Virus record (IMG/VR): IMGVR_UViG_3300045988_085326
Location: 128,001-139,181 of that record
DNA from: a virus
Strand: one strand, 5' to 3'
Length of the DNA stretch: 11,181 nucleotides
This document shows, one piece after another, positions 1-6,857 of this stretch (within the stretch, counting starts at the first letter, position 1; every line of letters starts with the position of its first letter). Below the pieces are notes generated by a model. It did no database searches and was not told the origin of the DNA. It saw only the letters and a list, made by a program, of their open reading frames with translations. A program made the translations under genes and the position numbers.

Positions 1-111
1 TGTCAAATTTGCTCAAAATATGACCCTGTACCTGGCGGACAGCCGGCTCGTAAAGACCTAAGGCGAGAAAAAAGAGATAAATATCTCAAAGATAAAAGGA
101 ACTGGGCGTAA
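1..111 (+). CDS. 3' end of an upstream CDS (partial; frame 1 open from window edge to TAA at 109-111)
   Basis: Frame 1 is open from position 1 and ends ...KDLRREKRDKYLKDKRNWA*; the other frames close early. No start in window. Confidence 0.35.
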   Translation, partial: CQICSKYDPVPGGQPARKDLRREKRDKYLKDKRNWA

Positions 112-124
112 GCCTTAGTTCTTC

Positions 125-153
125 TTTACTTTTAGAAAAATTTTTGTTATAAT
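125..153 (+). promoter_or_regulatory. sigma70-like promoter, copy 1 of the repeated cassette (weaker -35 TTTACT; TGtTATAAT extended -10 at 145-153)
   Basis: tttttgTTATAATatttatataagataaag matches the repeated cassette; lies upstream of CDS 187..450. Confidence 0.6.
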
Positions 154-186
154 ATTTATATAAGATAAAGAAAGGAATTGATAAAA

Positions 187-450
187 ATGTTAAAACCGTA
201 TGTTATTACAGCAACACATGGTAAGCATGAACAAAACCTCCCTCATGATTTATATGTTTTAAATCGTGAAGGATATTATATGAATGAAAGAGAAAGACAG
301 TTACAAGATATTATTTTTAAAGTAAAAAATTATCCAGATGATGTAATACCAAATTTGGTTTTTTATGCTATTTGTAAAGAATGCGGAATTTCACCATATA
401 GTATTACTAATGCGGAAATGACGCGTATTCAAAACGCGATTAAAGGCTAG
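187..450 (+). CDS. hypothetical protein (87 aa)
   Basis: The ORF track starts at TTG 178, but ATG 187 sits 10 nt after the purine-rich aagaaaggaa (167-176). Promoter copy 1 is upstream. Confidence 0.6.
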   Translation: MLKPYVITATHGKHEQNLPHDLYVLNREGYYMNERERQLQDIIFKVKNYPDDVIPNLVFYAICKECGISPYSITNAEMTRIQNAIKG

Positions 451-453
451 ACC

Positions 454-482
454 TTGAAAATTTAAAAAATTTTTGATATAAT
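454..482 (+). promoter_or_regulatory. sigma70-like promoter copy 2 (TTGAAA -35, 17-nt spacer, TGaTATAAT)
   Basis: ccTTGAAAatttaaaaaattttTGaTATAATaaatatataagaaataaag. Confidence 0.7.
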
Positions 483-546
483 AAATATATAAGAAATAAA
501 GAAATAAAGAAAAAAAATAATTCAAAGAGAGAAAAGGAGAACTAAC

Positions 547-957
547 ATGGCAGAAGTAAAGGTAACTAAAAAGGATTGGTATGCTCAGATTAGAGCGGTA
601 GTTGAGGCATCTGATAATGAGCAGAAGGAAGGTATTCTTGGTTTTATTGACCACGAAGTTGAATTGCTTGAAGCTAAGGCAGCTAAGGCAGCAGAGAGAG
701 CGGCTTCTAAGAAGGCTGACGGAGATGAGCTTCGTAATGCAGTACAGGCTGTTTTGACTGATGAGTTACAGACTATTGATGCTATTACGGCTCAGATTGA
801 GGGCGAGGATATCACCAAGGCTAAGGTAACTGCAAGACTAACTCAGTTAGTTAAAGCTGGAGTTGCAACTAAAGACATGGTTAAGACCGAGGATGGTCAT
901 AAGGTAACAGCATATAAGCTGGGTTCTGGCGATGTAGAAGAGGAAGTAACTGAGTAG
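547..957 (+). CDS. hypothetical protein, 136 aa, Ala/Glu/Lys-rich, acidic C-terminus
   Basis: Strong RBS aaaaggagaactaac before ATG 547. Codon usage is noticeably GC-richer than the neighbouring genes. A terminator follows. Confidence 0.75.
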   Translation: MAEVKVTKKDWYAQIRAVVEASDNEQKEGILGFIDHEVELLEAKAAKAAERAASKKADGDELRNAVQAVLTDELQTIDAITAQIEGEDITKAKVTARLTQLVKAGVATKDMVKTEDGHKVTAYKLGSGDVEEEVTE

Positions 958-972
958 TAAATAACACCTGAT

Positions 973-1013
973 AAGGTAGAGGGTTAGTTTAAACCTCTAC
1001 CTTATTTTTATTT
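973..1013 (+). terminator. rho-independent terminator (10-bp stem aaggtagagg/cctctacctt, 11-nt loop, then ATTTTTATTT)
   Basis: Perfect inverted repeat 973-982 / 994-1003 followed by a T-run, directly after the stop of CDS 547..957. Confidence 0.75.
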
Positions 1014-1024
1014 GGAGGATATTA

Positions 1025-1849
1025 ATGAAATATTGTATAGATTTTCAGAAAGGTTTTAGATACATTAATGATGTTGATGAAATCACCATTATTTATCGTA
1101 GAAAAGATACTTCTTTAATTGATTTTTTATTAAAACATCAAAAGCAGAGAATTAATATTTATATTAAAGATGAAGAAGATTTCCTTGAGTATAATTGTAT
1201 TAAAATATTTGATGCAATAGCAAAAGAACATCCAGAAATTGATTTTTGTTTTAAATTAAAGAAATATACAGATTCTACTAAAGATATTTTTTCAACTATT
1301 TTAAATAGTGAAGTAAAACATAAATATTTCTTTGAGGATTTTGTACATGATTGGGATACTTTATGGGGATATATTAATTTAAAACCATCAAGTATTTATA
1401 TTACAGAAGAATTAGGATTTGAAATTAAAGCGGTCGCGGAATTACTTCATTCTTTTGGTATCGAAGTTAGATGCTTCCCTAATGTAGCTCAGTCTAGTTG
1501 GACTAAAACTTCAGACTTAAAAAAGTTTTTTATCAGACCAGAAGATACAGTTTTGTATGAACCATATGTTGATGTATATGAATTTTTTGGTAAACCAGAT
1601 TCACTTGAAACATATTATAAAATATATGCAATAGATAAGAAATGGTTTGGTAAATTAAATGAAGTTATTTTAAGTTTTGATGGAGAAATTGATAGTAGAT
1701 TTTTGCTTCCAAGTTTTGCAGAACGTCGTTTAAATTGCGGCAAACGATGCTTGAAGGGGCGTGGATGCAGGATATGCGAAGCTACAGAGCAGCTTTCCGC
1801 CACATTAGAAAAACATAATCTTATGTTCACAGACTTTGAGAAAAATTGA
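1025..1849 (+). CDS. hypothetical protein, 274 aa, with C-terminal Cys cluster C-x3-C-x5-C-x2-C (possible zinc-binding)
   Basis: RBS ttggaggatattaATG; the translation ends ...NCGKRCLKGRGCRICEATEQ... No recognisable family from sequence alone. Confidence 0.7.
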   Translation: MKYCIDFQKGFRYINDVDEITIIYRRKDTSLIDFLLKHQKQRINIYIKDEEDFLEYNCIKIFDAIAKEHPEIDFCFKLKKYTDSTKDIFSTILNSEVKHKYFFEDFVHDWDTLWGYINLKPSSIYITEELGFEIKAVAELLHSFGIEVRCFPNVAQSSWTKTSDLKKFFIRPEDTVLYEPYVDVYEFFGKPDSLETYYKIYAIDKKWFGKLNEVILSFDGEIDSRFLLPSFAERRLNCGKRCLKGRGCRICEATEQLSATLEKHNLMFTDFEKN

Positions 1850-1874
1850 TTTTCTTTTTATTTTATATTATAAT
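1846..1874 (+). promoter_or_regulatory. sigma70-like promoter copy 3 (TTGATT -35, 17 nt, TATAAT without the TG)
   Basis: aaTTGATTttctttttattttatatTATAATatttatataaagtaaagagagg. Confidence 0.65.
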
Positions 1875-1905
1875 ATTTATATAAAGTAAAGAGAGGTACT
1901 AAGCT

Positions 1906-2388
1906 ATGGAATTAAAAGGTGTAATAGCAATTAATAATATATTAAATGAGTTCTTAGAGCAATTTGATTGTTCCGCGGATATTGGCGAGGATTTCTGTTA
2001 CTGGGAACGTACAAACGAAATCAACTATGCTTTTGTTGTAGCTTCAAACAACGATGTATGGTTTAAGGAGTTCGCTCATAGCTTAATGCCGAATCTTAAC
2101 TGTGATATTTTTCTTTTGTCTCTTTTTCATGAGATTGGTCATCATGAAACTATTGATGATATAGAAGATGATGTATTGAGAGAATGTTGGAAAGTTAAAG
2201 GTGAGTTAAATCAGAAGAAGACTTTTACAAAAGAAGATAACTTCAGATATTTTAATTTACCAGATGAAAAAGCTGCAACTGAGTGGGGACTTCAGTATAT
2301 GATTGACCATAAAGCAGAAGTTGCAGACTTGTGGAGAAAATTACAGCCTGCTATACTTAATTTTTACAGGCTGAATGACATCCATTGA
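1906..2388 (+). CDS. putative HExxH zinc metallopeptidase-like protein (160 aa)
   Basis: Contains LFHEIGHHET (HExxH). RBS agagagg sits 8 nt before ATG 1906. Size and motif fit the small phage-encoded ImmA/IrrE- or SprT-like metallopeptidases; the family itself is not established. Confidence 0.6.
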   Translation: MELKGVIAINNILNEFLEQFDCSADIGEDFCYWERTNEINYAFVVASNNDVWFKEFAHSLMPNLNCDIFLLSLFHEIGHHETIDDIEDDVLRECWKVKGELNQKKTFTKEDNFRYFNLPDEKAATEWGLQYMIDHKAEVADLWRKLQPAILNFYRLNDIH

Positions 2389-2413
2389 TTTTTTATAAAA
2401 ATTTTGATATAAT
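2385..2413 (+). promoter_or_regulatory. sigma70-like promoter copy 4 (TTGATT-17-TGaTATAAT)
   Basis: caTTGATTttttataaaaatttTGaTATAATatttatataagaaatgag. Confidence 0.75.
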
Positions 2414-2451
2414 ATTTATATAAGAAATGAGAAAGAAAAGAGGTTAAAGAT

Positions 2452-2766
2452 ATGGCAAGAGGAGCAGCATCTAAAGAGCAAGTAATGGCTGGTATTTTAG
2501 CAGCATTCCCTGGCTCATTTAAGTATGATAAAGAGATTCGTATTCCTATGAATGAGGATGGGGAAATTATTCAGATTAAGTGTGTATTAACTGCGGCTAA
2601 GGTAAATGTTGAAAATGGCGGCGATACTGCGGTGCCTGGTGCAGTAACAGCAACTAAGACTGTAACGGCTTCAGTAAATCCTGCGCCTGCTGGTTTTATG
2701 AATGAGCCTACTGCGGAAGAGAAACAGGCAGTAGCTGATTTAGTAAGTAAGTTGGGCTTGAGTTAA
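2452..2766 (+). CDS. hypothetical protein, 104 aa, Ala/Thr/Val-rich
   Basis: RBS aaagaggttaaagatATG; GC-richer codon usage, like CDS 547..957. Confidence 0.7.
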   Translation: MARGAASKEQVMAGILAAFPGSFKYDKEIRIPMNEDGEIIQIKCVLTAAKVNVENGGDTAVPGAVTATKTVTASVNPAPAGFMNEPTAEEKQAVADLVSKLGLS

Positions 2767-2779
2767 GGAGAAATTATCT

Positions 2780-2905
2780 ATGGAAATGGAAAAGATAGCA
2801 AATGAGTTTTGGAAACAACATAGAGGGCAAGGAAGAGTTGTAAAAGTGAATAGTTATTCGTTTATCTGGGAAACATTACCCGATAAGAATGGCAACACTA
2901 AATAG
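2780..2905 (+). CDS. small hypothetical protein (41 aa) missed by the 60-aa ORF cutoff
   Basis: Strong RBS taaggagaaattatctATG; ORF MEMEKIANEFWKQHRGQGRVVKVNSYSFIWETLPDKNGNTK* fills the gap between two CDSs. Confidence 0.4.
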   Translation: MEMEKIANEFWKQHRGQGRVVKVNSYSFIWETLPDKNGNTK

Positions 2906-2951
2906 GTAACTTATATGCTATCTTATTTCATTGAATTTTAGGAGGGATATT

Positions 2952-3242
2952 ATGGCTCATGTATATAAAGTAGATGAATGGCAGAGTCCAACAGGAAAAT
3001 GGCATTGTAATGATGTTAAAGATTTAGCGGGAGTATCAGGAAAATGGTGGGTTCCTGCTCGTATGTTAGGAATGTCATTAACAGATTATATTCTCTTATT
3101 AAAAGATGAATTTAAAGCTGATATTGAATCATATTATGAGCCTACAGACATACTTCTTTTCTCATGGAAAAAACAGACTGATTGCCATAGATATGTTTTA
3201 TGGATTAATGCTGTGGCAAGAAAGGCTAATTATATTGTGTAA
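2952..3242 (+). CDS. hypothetical protein (96 aa)
   Basis: RBS ttaggaggg 5-13 nt before ATG 2952. The track's ATG 2931 has no RBS. Confidence 0.65.
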   Translation: MAHVYKVDEWQSPTGKWHCNDVKDLAGVSGKWWVPARMLGMSLTDYILLLKDEFKADIESYYEPTDILLFSWKKQTDCHRYVLWINAVARKANYIV

Positions 3243-3463
3243 ATTTTAAAATATCTTATAGACAGTCCAGATGGAGTCTTAAAACTTACTGGTGAGCGTT
3301 TATGGTGATAGGTTGTCGGTGCGGAGTGGCTTCTGCTTAAGGAGATATGTATAGATTGGAAATACCTCCAAGAACGAATACAGACAAAGAACCTTCCTTT
3401 GGCGAAATCCAAAAGAAAAACTACCTTACAAAGATGCGTTTACGACGACGCAGTAGGGACTAT

Positions 3464-3536
3464 GCGGAGGTACCCAAGTGGTGATGGGGCTGTTCTTATA
3501 AAGCAGTTGCCGTGAGTTCGATTCTCACCCTCCGTA
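3464..3536 (+). tRNA. tRNA, 73 nt, anticodon TAT (reads AUA; Ile-UAU type)
   Basis: Acceptor gcggagg/cctccgt (G1·U72). Anticodon stem ctgtt/agcag, loop cTtTATaa. T-arm gtgag-ttcgatt-ctcac. Confidence 0.65.
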
Positions 3537-3538
3537 CT

Positions 3539-3659
3539 AAGAAGGTAGCTCAGATGGGAGAGCGCCTGGATAAAGAAAATGGATTAGATATAATCCGAAA
3601 CTGCAACTCTTTTTTCTAAAGGGACCAGGATGTCGTGGGTTCGAGCCCCACCCTTCTTA
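3539..3659 (+). tRNA. tRNA gene interrupted by a ~48-nt insertion in the anticodon arm (121 nt total; isotype unresolved)
   Basis: Perfect acceptor aagaagg/ccttctt. D-arm tagctcagatgggagagc. T-arm gtggg-ttcgagc-cccac. The anticodon stem halves cctgg (3565-3569) and ccagg (3625-3629) are separated by 55 nt containing the hairpin ggatta-GATA-taatcc. Confidence 0.55.
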
Positions 3660-3662
3660 TTT

Positions 3663-3787
3663 GGCGAGATAGCGGAATGGAAAGACGCACCGGAACCCAA
3701 TCGGGTTTAGGAATAAACCATCGCGGCACTACGGACTTAAAATCCGGCGACTTCAGTGTCATGTAGGTTCGAGTCCTACTCTCGCCA
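3663..3787 (+). tRNA. tRNA-Leu(TAA), type II, interrupted by a 41-nt insertion between the 5' anticodon-stem strand and the loop (125 nt total)
   Basis: Acceptor ggcgaga/tctcgcc, discriminator A. D-arm gcg-gaatggaaaga-cgc. ccgga (3690-3694), then 41 nt (with hairpin ggttta-GGAA-taaacc), then loop cTTAAaa and tccgg. Long variable arm. T-arm gtagg-ttcgagt-cctac. Confidence 0.6.
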
Positions 3788-3879
3788 CTATAAAAATTAA
3801 AGGAGAAATATTATGCGCTGGTTAGGCGGACGAAGAAAATTTGATATATGGTAAATTAACTTTTAAGGAGGAAATTATT

Positions 3880-4473
3880 ATGTATCAAATTGAAAATAAA
3901 AGTGATATTTTTGTAGAACATTATGTAGGACGATTTCGTCGTACATATAAAATTGACCGTATTGGAACTGAAAAAAATCTGATTGTGTATCTTGCAAATG
4001 GGTTTAAATCTTTTAGTTATTATGATAGTTATGATAACTGGAATGATTATGGTTACATGGGATATGGCAATTCTCGTTTTGCTGAGCATTTTTTTGATGG
4101 TTATGGTAGAGATATAAACGGATATGCCTATAAAAAAGATGCTTGGACATATTATTGTCAATATATTCGCGGTAAAGAGACTAAGGTCAAAAAAGATTAT
4201 TCTTATTGGCGTAGAAATCAAACTTATAAAGGCACTTTTAGAAGAACACCAGTAGAAGGAATACATAAATGGCGCGGAGGTCCATCTGTCCGCCCTCGTC
4301 ATATTAAACAGATTAAAGTTCTGTATGCAAATCCTGAATATAGAGAGTTTAATAGAGGCAGCCATAAAGAAGTTCCTAATGGTTGGTGGGATGATTGGCA
4401 TCGTTGCAAAGAGAAAAATTGGAAATCTCAAAGTAAAAGACGCCATCAATGGAAAGGGGATGTTAGTATGTAA
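3880..4473 (+). CDS. hypothetical basic protein, 197 aa, very rich in Tyr/Trp/Arg/Lys
   Basis: RBS ttaaggagg 7 nt before ATG 3880 (the track's ATG 3841 lacks an RBS). Composition resembles CDS 10722..11135 and the split ORF at 4501. Confidence 0.6.
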   Translation: MYQIENKSDIFVEHYVGRFRRTYKIDRIGTEKNLIVYLANGFKSFSYYDSYDNWNDYGYMGYGNSRFAEHFFDGYGRDINGYAYKKDAWTYYCQYIRGKETKVKKDYSYWRRNQTYKGTFRRTPVEGIHKWRGGPSVRPRHIKQIKVLYANPEYREFNRGSHKEVPNGWWDDWHRCKEKNWKSQSKRRHQWKGDVSM

Positions 4474-4500
4474 TACTTTATAAAAGGAGGTATTGCAACT

Positions 4501-4764
4501 ATGTCGAAGTCTTACAAAAGGTTCCCAATAGTAAGATAGGAAACAGAAGATTATCGTTATCTGAACCGGCAACTCAGACATGATAAGCTTGCGGAAATTC
4601 CAAAAGGAAGCTCATACAAGAAACTTAATACAAAAGCACATGAATGGGCATACAGATGGAGCAGAGAACAAGCTATTCAAGATTGGAATGAGAATACTTG
4701 GATAAGAGAAAGATATTCCTATGATGAATGGATGAATTATTGGAATTCTTTTTTAAGAAAATAA
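4501..4764 (+). pseudogene. RBS-led ORF (12 codons) interrupted by in-frame TAG at 4537-4539, then 74 more open codons to TAA 4762-4764. Either a nonsense-disrupted gene or a TAG-readthrough gene.
   Basis: aaaaggaggtattgcaactATG, then MSKSYKRFPIVR-TAG-ETEDYRYLNRQLRHDKLAEIPKGSSYKKLNTKAHEWAYRWSREQAIQDWNENTWIRERYSYDEWMNYWNSFLRK*. The downstream part has no start codon or RBS of its own. Confidence 0.4.
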
Positions 4765-4845
4765 TTTTTGACCATTTGATTATTTTTTACTTGTTCTGAT
4801 AGTTTTTGAGTTTTTCGCAAACAACTAGAAGAAAGGTATGAAAAA

Positions 4846-5691
4846 ATGAAACTAAGAAGAATTATTGCGGCAGGAATTTTAATTTATTCCTTTATTATTT
4901 CGCCTTGTGCGTTAGCCTTAGAAAGTCAACCTGCGGAAGTAGCAGTTGAAAGCGTCTCTATTCCAGATAAAAGTAGAATAGAGACAGCAATTCCACAGAT
5001 AAGAGAAATTGAGACAAATTTGGTTAAACAACAAGAGACAGAAGTAAAAGAAAATGAAACTTATAAAGAGGTGTTTGATTATGTTTATACGACAAAGCGT
5101 GTGAACATACGAACTTATATTGGAACTGAAAGTGATATATTATTAACTGCGGAAGCAGGAACTAAATTACAACGAGTCGGAATTAATGTAACAACTGGTT
5201 GGGATTTAGTAAGAATAAATAATTGTGATTATTATATTTCAAATGAATATATTACGACTGAGAAACCAGAACAATTAGCTGATAGTATAGAACAGCAATT
5301 AGAAGATAGTAAAATTTCAGCATCAGATTTACGCTATATGTCTGCTATAATATGGGCAGAAGCTGGTAACCAATGTGAAGCAGGACAGCAAGCAGTTGGT
5401 ATTGTAGTAATGAATAGAGTAGCATCAGAAACATATAAAGATACTGTTTATGATGTTATTAATGAACCTTATCAATTTTCTCCAGTTAAAAATGGTTCTT
5501 TTGCAAAAGCTTTAAATTATTATGATAGCGGAGAAATGCCAGAATGTGTTATAGATGCAGCTAAATATGCTTTACATAGTAATACAACTGTAAATTATAA
5601 TGGTACAACGTATGACCTTGATGGTTATTTATGTTTTAGTAGATATGTAAAAAATGCTAAACTTACTATTCAAGACCATATGTTTAAGTGA
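4846..5691 (+). CDS. secreted cell-wall hydrolase: signal peptide + SH3b-like domain + SleB/CwlJ-type (Hydrolase_2) domain; probable endolysin
   Basis: N-terminal MKLRRIIAAGILIYSFIISPCALA looks like a signal peptide. The central RVNIRTYIGTESDILLTAEAGTKLQRV...GWDLVRI block resembles SH3b. C-terminal IWAEAGNQ...GQQAVGIVVMNRV...VINEPYQFSPV resembles the SleB-family signature AEARGE...AVA.VV.NRV...QF. Confidence 0.75.
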   Translation: MKLRRIIAAGILIYSFIISPCALALESQPAEVAVESVSIPDKSRIETAIPQIREIETNLVKQQETEVKENETYKEVFDYVYTTKRVNIRTYIGTESDILLTAEAGTKLQRVGINVTTGWDLVRINNCDYYISNEYITTEKPEQLADSIEQQLEDSKISASDLRYMSAIIWAEAGNQCEAGQQAVGIVVMNRVASETYKDTVYDVINEPYQFSPVKNGSFAKALNYYDSGEMPECVIDAAKYALHSNTTVNYNGTTYDLDGYLCFSRYVKNAKLTIQDHMFK

Positions 5692-5705
5692 TACTTGGTT
5701 TTATA

Positions 5706-5745
5706 CTTATGCTCTTATCCGAGTTAAACGGAGCATAAGAATTTT
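5706..5745 (+). terminator. hairpin (9-bp stem cttatgctc/gagcataag, 16-nt loop) + AATTTT; putative terminator / processing hairpin directly 5' of tRNA-Trp
   Basis: Inverted repeat 5706-5714 / 5731-5739 just after the stop of CDS 4846..5691. Confidence 0.4.
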
Positions 5746-5818
5746 AGGTCTCTCGTCTAGTGGTCTAGGATAGCGGTCTCCAAAACCGTTGACCAGGGTT
5801 CGAATCCCTGGGGACCTG
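5746..5818 (+). tRNA. tRNA-Trp(CCA)
   Basis: Acceptor aggtctc/gggacct. Anticodon arm gcggt-cTCCAaa-accgt (ccggtctccaaaaccgg-like, as in bacterial tRNA-Trp). T-arm caggg-ttcgaat-ccctg. Confidence 0.85.
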
Positions 5819-5832
5819 TTTAAACTTCTTAA

Positions 5833-5861
5833 TTGATTTTATATAAAAATTTTGATAAAAT
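5833..5861 (+). promoter_or_regulatory. sigma70-like promoter copy 5 (TTGATT-17-TGaTAAAAT)
   Basis: aaTTGATTttatataaaaatttTGaTAAAATatttatacaaaacaaaagg. Confidence 0.65.
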
Positions 5862-5891
5862 ATTTATACAAAACAAAAGGAAGTGGTAGAA

Positions 5892-6212
5892 ATGAATAAA
5901 GTAAAATATTTTATTTGGGTAGATGATGAAAGAGTTTTACCTCATTATATTGATGGGATAGCAGAAAATTTCATAGTTTGTAAAACTTATAAGCAAGCTA
6001 TTAATGCTCTTGATACTTATTGTGCTATTGGCAATGTATATCTTGATTTAGACCATGATTTAGGTTGCAGACAGAACGGATATGATATTGCAAAATATAT
6101 AGTAGAGAATCAGATGCCTTTATATGGTTTTTCTTGTCATTCATTTAATCCTGTTGGTAGAAAGAATATTGAAGATTTACTCCAGCATTATGGATATAAG
6201 AAAGGAATATAA
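5892..6212 (+). CDS. hypothetical protein (106 aa)
   Basis: RBS aaaaggaag ~8 nt before ATG 5892 (the track's GTG 5883 overlaps the RBS). The YFIWVDDERVLP...VYLDLDHDLG stretch loosely recalls a receiver-like fold; not assignable. Confidence 0.6.
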   Translation: MNKVKYFIWVDDERVLPHYIDGIAENFIVCKTYKQAINALDTYCAIGNVYLDLDHDLGCRQNGYDIAKYIVENQMPLYGFSCHSFNPVGRKNIEDLLQHYGYKKGI

Positions 6213-6216
6213 AATC

Positions 6217-6333
6217 ATGGGGTTAGGCTTGTTTGTAGGCGGGATTGCTTTGGGATTTATTGGTGGTTTTGTTGTAATAACAGTAATTGCTTTTAAGATT
6301 GTAATTAATGATTTTAATGATTTACCTATATAA
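6217..6333 (+). CDS. small hydrophobic peptide (38 aa, single predicted TM helix)
   Basis: agaaaggaatataaaatcATG, then MGLGLFVGGIALGFIGGFVVITVIAFKIVINDFNDLPI*; lies directly downstream of CDS 5892..6212. Confidence 0.4.
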   Translation: MGLGLFVGGIALGFIGGFVVITVIAFKIVINDFNDLPI

Positions 6334-6337
6334 TTAT

Positions 6338-6366
6338 TTGAATTTTTAAAAAATTTTTGATATAAT
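6338..6366 (+). promoter_or_regulatory. sigma70-like promoter copy 6 (TTGAAT-17-TGaTATAAT)
   Basis: atTTGAATttttaaaaaatttTTGaTATAATatatatatgataagaaag. Confidence 0.7.
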
Positions 6367-6374
6367 ATATATAT

Positions 6375-6545
6375 GATAAGAAAGAAATAAGAAAAAGGGT
6401 TGAGAGTATTATTTCTTATAAAGATTTTTCAAACCAGAAACCCTGAGTTTAATAAGGAAGTGTGAGTATTATCACCGCATTCATTTGTTAAGCAACAGAC
6501 CACGGGAAACTAAGAAGTGCTGTATAGGAAAAAATTCTTATCAAA
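6375..6545 (+). ncRNA. candidate short non-coding transcript driven by promoter copy 6 (no ORF; internal hairpins agggtt..aaccct and gtga-gtattat-tcac; GAGTATTAT direct repeat)
   Basis: Promoter copy 6 upstream, promoter copy 7 downstream. No ORF over 10 codons with an RBS. Confidence 0.3.
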
Positions 6546-6554
6546 AGTTTTTAA

Positions 6555-6583
6555 TTGATTTTCAAAAAAATTTATGATATAAT
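6555..6583 (+). promoter_or_regulatory. sigma70-like promoter copy 7 (TTGATT-17-TGaTATAAT)
   Basis: aaTTGATTttcaaaaaaatttaTGaTATAATatatacataaagaaaaag. Confidence 0.75.
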
Positions 6584-6757
6584 ATATACATAAAGAAAAA
6601 GAAAAAAAGATTTTGTAAAGACACTTGTTCCTGCAAATGCGAACAAATAACAGATATTAAAGAAAGTGTTAAAAACACAACGCGGTAGATTTACATATGG
6701 CATATGAGTTGGTATCCGCTATAATAACAAACTCGTTGCTAAGTGTCTTGTTTATTT

Positions 6758-6831
6758 TGGACCGTAGCTCAGCTGGTAGTAGCATCTGACTGTTAATCAG
6801 AGGGTCGTGGGTTCGAGCCCCACCGGTCCAG
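6758..6831 (+). tRNA. tRNA-Asn(GTT)
   Basis: Acceptor tggaccg/cggtcca. Anticodon arm tctga-cTGTTaa-tcaga. T-arm gtggg-ttcgagc-cccac. About 165-nt leader from promoter copy 7. Confidence 0.85.
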
Positions 6832-6857
6832 TTTTATCAATTATTTGATAAAAGTTT
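6832..6857 (+). terminator. hairpin ttttatcaa-TTAT-ttgataaaa (9-bp A/T stem) directly 3' of tRNA-Asn; possible terminator or processing site
   Basis: Perfect inverted repeat; followed by gtttagagttt. Confidence 0.35.

Noticed and set aside
178-186. TTG start at 178 (also ATG 2931, ATG 3841, GTG 5883, ATG 10653) as given in the ORF track
   Set aside because: In each case a downstream ATG has a properly spaced Shine-Dalgarno sequence. The upstream start has none, overlaps the RBS, or overlaps a tRNA (10653 lies inside tRNA-Ser).
3346-3489. 47-codon ORF starting ATG 3346 and running into tRNA 3464
   Set aside because: The SD-to-ATG spacing is only 1 nt, and the ORF overlaps a well-formed tRNA. 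Probably non-coding leader.
3570-3735. tRNA inserts as group I introns or hammerhead ribozymes
   Set aside because: At 41-48 nt they are far below group I size (~200+ nt). One insert has CGAAAC, but neither has the CUGAUGA hammerhead core. They stay as unexplained mini-insertions.
3803-3844. 13-codon micro-ORF MRWLGGRRKFDIW with a good RBS (aaaggagaaatattATG)
   Set aside because: Too short to support as a gene from sequence alone. It could be a leader peptide, noted only.
3856-4581. 241-aa stop-free ORF on the minus strand
   Set aside because: Exactly antisense to CDS 3880..4473 and the split ORF. Low-complexity Ile/Phe/Thr-rich translation and no RBS. It is an artefact of the sense strand's TAT/TGG/AAA-rich codons.
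6380-6545. Known riboswitch upstream of a gene
   Set aside because: No downstream CDS before the next promoter, and no recognisable riboswitch core motifs. Kept only as a generic candidate ncRNA.
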